64,000 nucleotides of DNA from a virus. Where the stretch lies: IMG/VR virus record IMGVR_UViG_3300017917_002954, positions 8,041 to 72,040 of that record. One strand, given 5' to 3'. Shown piece after piece: positions 30,520 through 40,125 of this stretch; positions within the stretch are counted from its first letter, which is position 1, and the number at the start of each line of letters is the position of its first letter. The position numbers and the translations under genes are program-made. Under the pieces are notes generated by a model. The model was given only the letters and a program-made list of their open reading frames with translations, did not search any database and had not been told where the DNA came from.

Positions 30520-31783
30520 CAGCACAGACCTGGTAAAGAAAGTTGCGTTGACCGAACGCGAAGAATTTTTATTAAAAGATTCTAAAACATTTTGTATCTA
30601 TCCTTGGATACACTTACATGCTTACCCCACTGGTGAAGCATATCCTTGCTGTCATGCCGAAATGGGCGTGGGTCAAGTTGGAAACTGTAGAGAAAATACA
30701 CTCAAAGAAATTTGGAACAGTGACGCACAGAAAAAACTCAGAACAGACATGCTGACAGAAACACCCAATCCTGCTTGTGCTCGTTGCTATGAACAAGAAG
30801 AGTCAGGATTCTTTTCGGGTCGTAGATCAGCCAACAAACATCATGGACATCATGTTGGGCGTGTGGTCATGACAGAGCCAGATGGTCATGTAAATCACTT
30901 TGGCATGACCTATTGGGACATACGTTTTAGCAATTTGTGTAATTTAAGTTGTAGAAGTTGTGGACACATCTTTAGTAGTTCGTGGTATCAAGATCAAGCT
31001 CAATTGGCAGGTCCAACCTGGGCATTGAACAATTCTGCTCTGAACATTGCTGGTCGTGATAAAAATGACATGTGGGAACAGTTGTTGCCGCACCTTGACT
31101 ATGTAGAGCAAATATACTTTGCTGGTGGCGAACCTTTGATGATGGAAGAACACTACAACATATTGGACGAGCTAGAACGACGTGGACGTTTTGATGTGCG
31201 TTTGATCTACAACACAAACTTTACACAGACCAAGCTCAAAGATCGAGAAGTGTTTGACTACTGGCGCAAGTTCAAAAGTGTAGCAGTGGGAGCCAGCCTA
31301 GATGCCCAGGGTCCACGTGCTGAATACATTAGACGTGGCACTGATTGGGCTCGTGTGGAACGCAATCGCAAAGAAATGATGCGAGTGTGTCCTGAAGTAG
31401 ATTTTTACATCAGTCCAACACTGAGCATTTTAAATGCCTGGCACTTGCCTGATTTTCACCGTGACTGGGTCAATCGAGGTCTGTTAAAACCTCAAGACTT
31501 GAATGTAAACATACTTCAAGATCCTGCTTACTTGCGCATTGATATTGCAACAACAGAATACAAAGAACGACTCAATGCTCGTTATCAAGAACACTTGGAT
31601 TGGTTGCGTCCACAGGATCGACTCAACAGAGCCACTGTGGGTTTTGAATCAGCCGTTAACTTTATGATGGCCACTGATAACACTCACTTGATTGACACGT
31701 TCTGGCGCAAGACACACGAGTTGGATACAATAAGAAAAGAAAACGTACTGGATGTAATTCCGGAATTAAAAATACTGCAATGA
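30503..31783 (+). CDS. Radical SAM protein with N-terminal twitch domain
   Basis: CIYPW...PCC...CARC, then CNLSCRSC and AGGEP. Confidence 0.9.
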   Translation: MTYQYNSTDLVKKVALTEREEFLLKDSKTFCIYPWIHLHAYPTGEAYPCCHAEMGVGQVGNCRENTLKEIWNSDAQKKLRTDMLTETPNPACARCYEQEESGFFSGRRSANKHHGHHVGRVVMTEPDGHVNHFGMTYWDIRFSNLCNLSCRSCGHIFSSSWYQDQAQLAGPTWALNNSALNIAGRDKNDMWEQLLPHLDYVEQIYFAGGEPLMMEEHYNILDELERRGRFDVRLIYNTNFTQTKLKDREVFDYWRKFKSVAVGASLDAQGPRAEYIRRGTDWARVERNRKEMMRVCPEVDFYISPTLSILNAWHLPDFHRDWVNRGLLKPQDLNVNILQDPAYLRIDIATTEYKERLNARYQEHLDWLRPQDRLNRATVGFESAVNFMMATDNTHLIDTFWRKTHELDTIRKENVLDVIPELKILQ

Positions 31784-33354
31784 ATATCAACGAGAAACTC
31801 AACTACTATCAACAAAACTTTGATGTAGTCGGTGTATTCTTTTTGTCAGGATGGTCTGTGGAATCTTGGATTTCACAGTGGAAGAAATTTGAAATTGAAT
31901 TGGCATCTGCTAGAAAATCGTCCTTTGCTGACCGCGATAGAATTGTATTTGTATTTGATCCACAGGAATACGATGCACTAACGTTTCAAAGTTTTTTTAA
32001 AAAGTTCATACAAAAATTATTTGAAATAGACATCAGTAATTTTTTTGCTGTGTTGCTAACCAGTGATGATCCTGCGGTGCTGTTGGAATATTTCAAACAG
32101 TACAGCCCTGATCCAGTACTGCCAACAGTTGATACCTACAGTGCTGTAATCAACCACAAAGAATCTCAACCCACTGATACCTTTTGTATTTTGCCCTGGA
32201 ATCATTTGATGGTGACTCCTTATCAAACAATCAAAACTTGCTGTATGGGACAAAGTGTGTTGGGTCAAGTTGACAAAAACACTCTGGCAGAAGTATGGAA
32301 CAATGATACCATGACGGAGATCAGACAAAGTTTGCTTCAAAACAAGCATCATCCAAACTGTTCTGATTGTTATACCAACGAAAAACACGGCAATCAAAGT
32401 TTGAGACAGAAACTCAACAGTGCGTTTGAACAACAAGTTGCCAAGGTCAAACAAAGCAACAATGCAGTTGCGGAAACTTTTGAATTAAAATATTTTGATT
32501 TGCGATTTACAAACTTGTGCAACATTAGATGTAGAACATGCAATCATCACTCAAGTTCAAAATGGTATCAAGACACTGTCAAACTTGATCCCTTGTACGC
32601 CAAGCCAGTGCTAATGAAAGCCGGAAGACACGAAACTGACATTTGGGAACAACTAGAATCTCATTTGGACTGTGTTGAACAGATATACTTTGCTGGCGGC
32701 GAACCCTTGATCATGGAAGAACACTACAAGTTGTTGGATGAACTTGAACACCGTGGCAGATTTGATGTACGACTGGTTTACAATACCAATTTCACGCAGA
32801 CCAAACTCAAAGATCGCGAAGTATTTGATTACTGGCGTAAATTCAAAACAGTCAGAGTTGGTGCCAGTTTAGATGCCATGGGTGATCGAGCTGACTACAT
32901 TAGAAAAGACAGCAAATGGGCAGTGATTGAATCCAATCGTCGAGCAATGATGGAAATTTGTCCTGAGGTGCATTTTGAAATCACACCAACTGTGAGCATC
33001 ATGAATGTCATGCACTTGCCTGATTTTCATCAGCACTGGGTTGAACTAGGACTTATTCGACCGCAAGACGTAAAACTAAATATTCTTCAAGATCCGCACT
33101 ACTATAGAATTGACATTGCCTCCGACCGATACAAACAATCTGTGGAAAAAAGAGTGCAAGAACACTGTGAGTGGTTGAAACAATATCCTAACACAGAAAC
33201 AATTCAACAAAGCTATATGTCCGTTATAAATTATATGTTTGCCAATGATAACACACAATGGTTGCCAGAATTTTGGCAACGTACTCGAGTGTTGGACTCA
33301 CTACGCAATGAAGAAGTTTTGCAAATACTACCTGAGCTATGGGATTTACTATGA
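31780..33354 (+). CDS. Radical SAM/twitch protein with an extra ~130-aa N-terminal domain
   Basis: CILPW...TCC...CSDC, then CNIRCRTC and AGGEP. Close paralog of the upstream gene. Confidence 0.9.
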   Translation: MNINEKLNYYQQNFDVVGVFFLSGWSVESWISQWKKFEIELASARKSSFADRDRIVFVFDPQEYDALTFQSFFKKFIQKLFEIDISNFFAVLLTSDDPAVLLEYFKQYSPDPVLPTVDTYSAVINHKESQPTDTFCILPWNHLMVTPYQTIKTCCMGQSVLGQVDKNTLAEVWNNDTMTEIRQSLLQNKHHPNCSDCYTNEKHGNQSLRQKLNSAFEQQVAKVKQSNNAVAETFELKYFDLRFTNLCNIRCRTCNHHSSSKWYQDTVKLDPLYAKPVLMKAGRHETDIWEQLESHLDCVEQIYFAGGEPLIMEEHYKLLDELEHRGRFDVRLVYNTNFTQTKLKDREVFDYWRKFKTVRVGASLDAMGDRADYIRKDSKWAVIESNRRAMMEICPEVHFEITPTVSIMNVMHLPDFHQHWVELGLIRPQDVKLNILQDPHYYRIDIASDRYKQSVEKRVQEHCEWLKQYPNTETIQQSYMSVINYMFANDNTQWLPEFWQRTRVLDSLRNEEVLQILPELWDLL

Positions 33355-34556
33355 AACTACCACACGATAAATTTTGTGTACTACCGTGGATCAGCCTAGA
33401 AGCCAGCCCAATTGGCACAGTGCGTCCTTGTTGTTTGGCCGATGACGAAATAGTAGACAACACTGGCAACAAATTCAAACTGTTGACCAGCACATTTGCT
33501 GACATACAGTCCAGCAATCACATGCAAACTCTACGACAGGAATTCCTGGATGGCAAACAACCCAAAACTTGCCGCCGTTGTTGGGCCGAAGAAGATGCTG
33601 GACGCACCAGCAAACGCATGCACACACTCAACAGATTGAAACACATGGGCATCACACCTGATTGGACAGCAGATGCCAAACCTCTGATGTTTTTGGATCT
33701 CAAACTGGGCAACATATGTAATTTGAAATGTCGTATCTGTGGATCATGGTCGAGCAGTCAGTTTGCAGCCGAAGAGTTGAAATTTGTAGACAACAAAAAA
33801 CAATCCTTTCATTATGTCATGCTTCGTGAAGGTGCCTGGCCCAGAGAAAACAGTCAGTTCTGGACAGAATTAAACAACTCATTGGCAGACATACGCTACT
33901 TGGAATTCACCGGCGGTGAACCTTTTCTAATAGAAGAACATTTTGAGTTATTGCAAACGCTGGTCAATCAAGGTGTGGCTCATCAAGTTGAAATACACTA
34001 CAACACCAATGGTACACAGTATCCTGAACATGCAGAAGAAATTTGGCAATATTTCAAACATGTTGAAATTGCCTTTAGCATTGACGATGTGGGCAAACGA
34101 TTTGAATATCAACGAAGCAATGCTGTATGGTCTGAAGTGTGTGAAAACATTGAACGATTCCGAGGCATGCGAGAACGCAATCTAAACATGACTCTGCAGG
34201 TATGTTGCACTGTTAATATTTTTAACATTATGTCTCTAGAGGCTGTGGCCAATTGGATCGACACACAAGATTTTGATTTTGTATATTGGAATATGTTGCA
34301 CGATGCGCCGTGGTTGAGCATTGCACATTTACCAGCAACAGCCAAAACCGCTATAACTCAGCATTTGAATGACAGTATGTTCCCTGTACACTACGAAGAT
34401 GAAATACAAAAAATCATTGAATTTATGAACATGGGAGAGTCAACTGACGGTGTAGAATTGCTAAAAAATATACGTCAACTTGATCAGCGACGCGATCAAA
34501 ATTTAAAGTTGGTTGCTCCGGAACTGGCAGAAATACTAAACTATGATCAAGGCTAG
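33351..34556 (+). CDS. Radical SAM protein with N-terminal twitch domain
   Basis: CVLPW...PCC...CRRC, then CNLKCRIC and TGGEP. Likely start is ATG 33351 (ATGA overlap). Confidence 0.9.
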   Translation: MKLPHDKFCVLPWISLEASPIGTVRPCCLADDEIVDNTGNKFKLLTSTFADIQSSNHMQTLRQEFLDGKQPKTCRRCWAEEDAGRTSKRMHTLNRLKHMGITPDWTADAKPLMFLDLKLGNICNLKCRICGSWSSSQFAAEELKFVDNKKQSFHYVMLREGAWPRENSQFWTELNNSLADIRYLEFTGGEPFLIEEHFELLQTLVNQGVAHQVEIHYNTNGTQYPEHAEEIWQYFKHVEIAFSIDDVGKRFEYQRSNAVWSEVCENIERFRGMRERNLNMTLQVCCTVNIFNIMSLEAVANWIDTQDFDFVYWNMLHDAPWLSIAHLPATAKTAITQHLNDSMFPVHYEDEIQKIIEFMNMGESTDGVELLKNIRQLDQRRDQNLKLVAPELAEILNYDQG

Positions 34557-35073
34557 AGATGATCGTTCTGGCCACAATGCACTGGCTTTTGGTTGCAGTC
34601 ACACATACGGCATAGGAGTAGAATCCAATGAAGCTTGGCCTTATTTGTTAAATGCCGCTAACTTTGGACAGCCAGGTGTCAGTGCTGATTTTATAGTTCG
34701 CACAGCACCTGCTGTGATAGAAAAATATCAGCCTCAAACAATTTACATTTTATGGCCGGACTGGACTAGATTTGAATATATACAAGACGCCAAGTATCAG
34801 CAAAGTCTAGTCACAGACAGCAATCGTGTACAGTTTATGCAAAGTCACCCCGAGTCTTGGTTGTTGTCTAATTTTCAAACACAACTAAAGAAAATGCAGG
34901 ATCTTTGCAACATTCTTAACATTAGATTGGTTGGTATGACTCTAGATGATTTGATTCCATACATAGATCATGCTGATCGTTGGCCCGTTAGTAAGCTGGG
35001 TCATCATTACAGCCCTGAGTGGCATCAATGGGTAGCAGATATATTTAGAAAAAAACACAATGAACAAACCTGA
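34543..35073 (+). CDS. SGNH-like hydrolase/acyltransferase
   Basis: AFGCSHTYG, NFGQPG and a C-terminal GHH. Confidence 0.6.
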   Translation: MIKARDDRSGHNALAFGCSHTYGIGVESNEAWPYLLNAANFGQPGVSADFIVRTAPAVIEKYQPQTIYILWPDWTRFEYIQDAKYQQSLVTDSNRVQFMQSHPESWLLSNFQTQLKKMQDLCNILNIRLVGMTLDDLIPYIDHADRWPVSKLGHHYSPEWHQWVADIFRKKHNEQT

Positions 35074-36352
35074 TACATTATGCATGGCACCCTGGACTCA
35101 TACCTACTTGAGTCCACAAACAGAGCGACGTATGTGCTGTGCCAGCCGTGAACCTGCACAGAGTTTTCAACAGTATATTGATACCGAATCAGGCACTGGG
35201 GTATATGCACCACAGACTCTGGAAGAGTGGTGGAACGGTGAACACATGCGAAGTGTGCGTCGTAGAATGTTGGCTGGAGAAACCTTGTCAGAGTGCGATG
35301 TATGCAATAACAAACTGTTGAACACAGATGTTTATCGCGACTATTTTACACACTTGTTTCGACACAAATTGCCAGAAGTGTTTGCGTCAACCAGCGATGA
35401 TGGTACAACCACAATGAAGCCTGTGAGTTGGGATTATCGTTTCTCAAACCTGTGTAATTTCAAATGTCGCATGTGCGGAGACATGTTAAGCTCAAGTTGG
35501 GAAACCGAACAACGACAACACAACATGATCAACTGGGCTGATAGCAAAAACAACTGGCAACTTCCTGCTGTGCGTGAACAAATTACCAAATTTCAAGAGC
35601 AACAGATTGAAGCAGAGTTTGCTCAAGCAGTTGAAGAACACCGTGTGGAAGAAATATATTGGGTAGGTGGTGAGCCACTGATGTACGAACAACACTGGCG
35701 CTACATGCGTCGTATAATTGAACTAGGAGACGGAAAACAAGTATATGCAAGATACAACACAAATCTATCGCGGGTGGACTACAAGGGTATTAATTTGTTT
35801 AGCGACATTTTGGATCATGTTCGTGATTATCAAATCTGTGCAAGTCTCGATGGCACAGGCGCAATTGGCGAATATATCCGAACAGGTCTCAACTACGAAT
35901 CTTGGTTGGCCAACTACCGACAAGCTGTACAGCATCGTCGATACAGTCGCCAGTGTAGAATTGACTTCACGCTCACCTTACCCGGATTGTTTGAAGTTGA
36001 AAATATTGTGCGCCTAGCTGAAGAAACCGACAGTGAAATCCTGGCCAAGGTAGTGTTCAGCTTCAGTCCAGACATTATATTAAGTCCATTGGCACTGCCA
36101 CGAGAATTACTAGACAGCACTGTGGACAGTCTAACAACAAAAATACCTCATGGTGCATTACGAGATACCTTATTACAATTAAAAACACGTCCAACTTTTG
36201 CAGAGCAATGGCCTGATTCTTATCAACAAGGTCTTGCACGAGGAAAACAACGTGTGCTACAATTAGAATCTATTAGAAAGGATACAGTCACCCTTGACTC
36301 TATTTTACAACCATATCGACACATCCATGACTGGTACCAATCAATTGCTTGA
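35060..36352 (+). CDS. Radical SAM protein with N-terminal twitch domain
   Basis: CMAPW...MCC...CDVC, then CNFKCRMC and VGGEP. Confidence 0.9.
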   Translation: MNKPDTLCMAPWTHTYLSPQTERRMCCASREPAQSFQQYIDTESGTGVYAPQTLEEWWNGEHMRSVRRRMLAGETLSECDVCNNKLLNTDVYRDYFTHLFRHKLPEVFASTSDDGTTTMKPVSWDYRFSNLCNFKCRMCGDMLSSSWETEQRQHNMINWADSKNNWQLPAVREQITKFQEQQIEAEFAQAVEEHRVEEIYWVGGEPLMYEQHWRYMRRIIELGDGKQVYARYNTNLSRVDYKGINLFSDILDHVRDYQICASLDGTGAIGEYIRTGLNYESWLANYRQAVQHRRYSRQCRIDFTLTLPGLFEVENIVRLAEETDSEILAKVVFSFSPDIILSPLALPRELLDSTVDSLTTKIPHGALRDTLLQLKTRPTFAEQWPDSYQQGLARGKQRVLQLESIRKDTVTLDSILQPYRHIHDWYQSIA

Positions 36353-37373
36353 TCAAATAACAATCACACTGGACAATAAATTAAAAGTGCAGGTCAATGT
36401 CTACGACAGTAGTCTCAGTAGAAAATGGCTCAGTGCCTTGAATGACTTGTTGAAAAACAACTATCATTTGGAAAAAAACTATTGCTGGTTTGGATTTGCT
36501 GATGGCCCAAGAAATGGTGCATATCTGTTGAGAGAAATCAACAACAGCATTGCTGAAATTAATCTAGCCAACATTGGCTACACCATCAACGACTACTTTA
36601 CCATGGAAAACAGTGTGGATGATCAGGATGGAGTCAATCACGATCATTTCAATCAACTGCACAGATACTTTGAAGATCTGCAAGGTGTACATGGACACAT
36701 AAGTCCTTACTACACACAAGCAGATTCTCGTACTCGTTGGCATATACGACAGTTAAATCTACTGTGTCACGAATTTGAATCATGGCAACTGAGCTGGAGA
36801 AAAAAGCACACAGCTCCAGAGTGGCAACGTCCCAGTCAACTTATGTGTTGGTTAAATGCTCCACGCTTTGAACTAACTCCAGAAGACTATGAACTATTTG
36901 GCATTGAAACTATCAATAGAAGTCTTGGTGGAGTTTATGTAGGTGTAAACAAAGCCATTGGCAAGCACCATTGGGAAGTGTTTCAAGACGAAGGCAGAGA
37001 CAGTCGTGTACATGAACTGACCACTACTACGCTAAGAGCACAGACCCTGGCCGCCGGAGACTTTGACATAGAGTGGGCCAACAATCCGGGTGAATTTCCT
37101 TGGCAGATCAAACAACTAGCAGAGTTTAGACAGTGGTTGATTGACAACAATTTTGATCCCAACGACAAGAGCTTGACCATTGGGCATCCACAAGTGGGTC
37201 AAGTGGACTTGATTGCCAGCTTTGGCACAGAAGATTACCAAGAGATTTGGAGCCAGTTAAATACTCATTTAAATGTCACAGCAATCAAAACCAGTGATGC
37301 CAGTGCAGAATATCCGTACAACTGGACTGACCGTGATTACATAGAGCAACAAATAAAGATACTAGGAAACTGA
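36327..37373 (+). CDS. Hypothetical protein (start uncertain: ATG 36327 or TTG 36345)
   Basis: Long coupled ORF with NQLHRYFE, LNLLCHEFE and IGKHHWEVFQD (possible metal-binding His/Glu). Confidence 0.7.
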   Translation: MTGTNQLLDQITITLDNKLKVQVNVYDSSLSRKWLSALNDLLKNNYHLEKNYCWFGFADGPRNGAYLLREINNSIAEINLANIGYTINDYFTMENSVDDQDGVNHDHFNQLHRYFEDLQGVHGHISPYYTQADSRTRWHIRQLNLLCHEFESWQLSWRKKHTAPEWQRPSQLMCWLNAPRFELTPEDYELFGIETINRSLGGVYVGVNKAIGKHHWEVFQDEGRDSRVHELTTTTLRAQTLAAGDFDIEWANNPGEFPWQIKQLAEFRQWLIDNNFDPNDKSLTIGHPQVGQVDLIASFGTEDYQEIWSQLNTHLNVTAIKTSDASAEYPYNWTDRDYIEQQIKILGN

Positions 37374-37374
37374 T

Positions 37375-37476
37375 ATGAAATGGTTCAAACAACTATATGA
37401 GCGTGTGAAACTTGAAATACGCTACAGAAAAAAACTCAAAGAACTTCGCAAAAGAGATCCGTTTATCTATAAATGA
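37375..37476 (+). CDS. 33-aa basic peptide coupled to the carbamoyltransferase (not in the ORF track)
   Basis: MKWFKQLYERVKLEIRYRKKLKELRKRDPFIYK*. AGGA upstream; exactly fills the gap and overlaps the next start by ATGA. Confidence 0.75.
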   Translation: MKWFKQLYERVKLEIRYRKKLKELRKRDPFIYK

Positions 37477-38969
37477 AATTACAACATATATTAGGTATCA
37501 GTGCCGGCTTTCATGATGCGGCAGCCACAGTGATTGACAGTCGCGGCGAAATTCTGTTTGCTGGACACAGTGAACGCTATAGCAAAAAGAAAAATGATGC
37601 TGACCTTTGTCCTGGCTTGATTGCTGAGTTGGTTAATTATCGCATCGAGCATGTTGCGTATTATGAGAGACCTTGGATGAAACAACTGCGTAATCTACGT
37701 GCCGGTCAAGGTGTTGAGTGGAACAAATTGACAGTGATGCAAATACTCAAACAACAGATTGGATCTGAGTTTGGGGCATTTCCTGGAAAAATTACCTCAC
37801 ACAATCATCATCTCAGTCATGCGGCAGCAGGTTTTCAGACAAGTCCATACGATCGTGCCACAGTAGTTGTGATAGATGCCATTGGTGAGTTTGATACAAT
37901 ATCAATCTGGGGAGCAGAATATGATCGCACAGGTCGTGCAACTTATAAAAAACTTTGGGGTCAAACATACCCGCACAGCATCGGACTGTTTTATAGTGCG
38001 ATTACTAAGCGAGTTGGCCTACACCCACTAGACGAAGAATACATAACCATGGGCATGGCCGGGTGGGGTCGACCCAACTGGTATCAACGCATGTATAGAG
38101 ATCTTGTTGCCAGTGTGGATGAAGTTCAATTCACACAAAATTTACACATAGGTATTGAAGAAGAATACTTGGACATGGCTACCAATGAAGATTTGGCAGC
38201 ATCAGCACAATTATTGGCCGAAACCTTGATAGGTGAAGTCATGGCCCGTGCTCGTGGCCTGGGTTGGAGTCGTAATCTTGTGTACATGGGCGGTGTGGCT
38301 CTTAACTGCTTGGCCAATCGCAACTTAGGCAACTATTTTGAAAACATCTGGATCATGCCTTGCCCTGGTGATGCCGGGTCAAGTCTAGGTGCGGCTGCGT
38401 TGGCCTTGGGCAAAAAAATACATTGGCAAGATGCTTACTTGGGACACAACATTGCAGGTCCTTATCCTACCAACGCCTTGTTGGATGAGTTAGTTGTAAA
38501 CAAAATAGTAGGTGTTGCCAGCGGACGTGCAGAGTTTGGTCCTCGAGCACTGGGCAATCGTAGCCTGTTGGCGGATCCACGTGGTCTAGAAATTAAGGAC
38601 AAAGTAAATGACATTAAACGAAGACAAAAGTTTCGACCTTTCGCTCCAGTCATTCTTGCTGAGCATGTTCATGAGTACTTTGACATGCCTGCCGGTTGGA
38701 GTAATTCTGACTATATGCAGTGTGTCGCCCGTTGTCGCTACCCTGATCAGTATCCTGCTATCGTTCATGTTGACGGTACTAGTCGTGTACAAACCGTACC
38801 GAAGACTAGCCGAAGCGGAATACGTGAACTCCTTGAAAAATGGTATGTGATGACCGGTTGCCCTATGTTGCTTAATACAAGTTTAAACATACGTGGCGAA
38901 CCCATGGTCAATGATCGTGCGGATGCAGATCGTTTTGAACGAGAATACAGCGTCAAGGTTTGTAGCTAA
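37473..38969 (+). CDS. O-carbamoyltransferase (NodU/CmcH family)
   Basis: GISAGFHDAAA, HHLSHAA, GGVALNC, PGDAGSSLGAA, EFGPRALGNRS, FRPFAP, HVDGTSRVQTV and LLNTSLNIRGEPMV motifs. Confidence 0.95.
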   Translation: MKLQHILGISAGFHDAAATVIDSRGEILFAGHSERYSKKKNDADLCPGLIAELVNYRIEHVAYYERPWMKQLRNLRAGQGVEWNKLTVMQILKQQIGSEFGAFPGKITSHNHHLSHAAAGFQTSPYDRATVVVIDAIGEFDTISIWGAEYDRTGRATYKKLWGQTYPHSIGLFYSAITKRVGLHPLDEEYITMGMAGWGRPNWYQRMYRDLVASVDEVQFTQNLHIGIEEEYLDMATNEDLAASAQLLAETLIGEVMARARGLGWSRNLVYMGGVALNCLANRNLGNYFENIWIMPCPGDAGSSLGAAALALGKKIHWQDAYLGHNIAGPYPTNALLDELVVNKIVGVASGRAEFGPRALGNRSLLADPRGLEIKDKVNDIKRRQKFRPFAPVILAEHVHEYFDMPAGWSNSDYMQCVARCRYPDQYPAIVHVDGTSRVQTVPKTSRSGIRELLEKWYVMTGCPMLLNTSLNIRGEPMVNDRADADRFEREYSVKVCS

Positions 38970-40125
38970 GACGTTGAATTAGCCTGTCTAGGGTGGGCTT
39001 GGTTCTTTGTATATACAACTGTTGATTGTGAATTAGATCAGGAATGCATTTCAAATACCACAAATGCATGTCCTGATTTTTTATTTTGGCAATAGCATTT
39101 TTAACTGCAAACCATCGTTGTGTATTGTCAACAATGTTGTCGTAGCTGTTGTCAATTAATCCATCAAACACTCGATAACCAGCATTGCGCAGAGCCTGCA
39201 AACTTCCTACAGCTCCAGCAATAACAAATGGCTGTCCAAATTTCAAACACTTGTAGGTTTTCTCAGTTAGAAAAGCTCCACCTGATTGATCTACATCAAA
39301 CAATGTTTCGATTGAAATGTGGCAATAGCTTTTCAAATACAAATCAGTGTTGATCAATCTATGATCGTTGTGAGCCGCATCGTTTGGACCATCACAAAAA
39401 TATGGACCGTTGGATAAAAATTCATTGAGTCTTTGTGTCCATCCAGGTACACTGTGTATGCTGATAGGATTGTCTTCAGGTCTGTCGCCGTCGGTGACTG
39501 TGGTATTATAACTCCATTGGCTGTTTGTCAACAGACCATCTGCGTAGAGGTCACTCATTATACTGCCACGCCACCATTTGTGTATGCGATTCAATGCTGT
39601 AAAATCATAGGGTCTAGGCAAGTCAGTCACGGGTGTATAACCTTGTCTACGATTTACATACAGTAAAAAGTGTTCGTGATCTGGAAAGTAATAGAACTTG
39701 TCCACTTGATCGGCAGCAGTGTTGGCACTCAAAAACAAATAACAGTCTAGCGGCAATCCATGCTTGACACAACAACTGTCAAGTCTTTGTTGTATGCGTT
39801 GGGGATTGTCACCTTCGTGATAATAAAACAGCACACGTATGTCGCCGGACTTCAAGCGATCAATCACATTGGGCTTCATTAATTCAAAATAATCACAGTC
39901 AAAGTCGTGCCAGGCAATGGCTACAGGATACCAAGAACCGCGCGGTGCCGAGTCTACCAAGCCACTGGTCCACGTGGCTCGAGCATAGCCCAAGTACACC
40001 AATAATCTAAATGCAATGGCTCTGGGCCATGTGACGTCAAAGTCGTCGGGTCCCAGGCCTAATTTTGCTAGATTAGGATAACCCAACTCTGGGTCGCTCA
40101 TGGTATCATAACAAAAATGTATCAT
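38953..40125 (-). CDS. Glycosyltransferase-like protein (ET...TEK family)
   Basis: FTALNR, ISIET, LTEKTYK, QPFV and DNSYD motifs. Likely start 40125. Confidence 0.55.
   Translation of the reverse strand: MIHFCYDTMSDPELGYPNLAKLGLGPDDFDVTWPRAIAFRLLVYLGYARATWTSGLVDSAPRGSWYPVAIAWHDFDCDYFELMKPNVIDRLKSGDIRVLFYYHEGDNPQRIQQRLDSCCVKHGLPLDCYLFLSANTAADQVDKFYYFPDHEHFLLYVNRRQGYTPVTDLPRPYDFTALNRIHKWWRGSIMSDLYADGLLTNSQWSYNTTVTDGDRPEDNPISIHSVPGWTQRLNEFLSNGPYFCDGPNDAAHNDHRLINTDLYLKSYCHISIETLFDVDQSGGAFLTEKTYKCLKFGQPFVIAGAVGSLQALRNAGYRVFDGLIDNSYDNIVDNTQRWFAVKNAIAKIKNQDMHLWYLKCIPDLIHNQQLYIQRTKPTLDRLIQRLSYKP

Noticed and set aside
26654-36352. Calling the radical SAM genes anaerobic sulfatase maturases, MoaA or QueE (7-deazaguanine pathway)
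   Set aside because: Domain order is inverted relative to anSME/MoaA, and no sulfatase, queC/queD/folE or dpdA genes are visible in the window.
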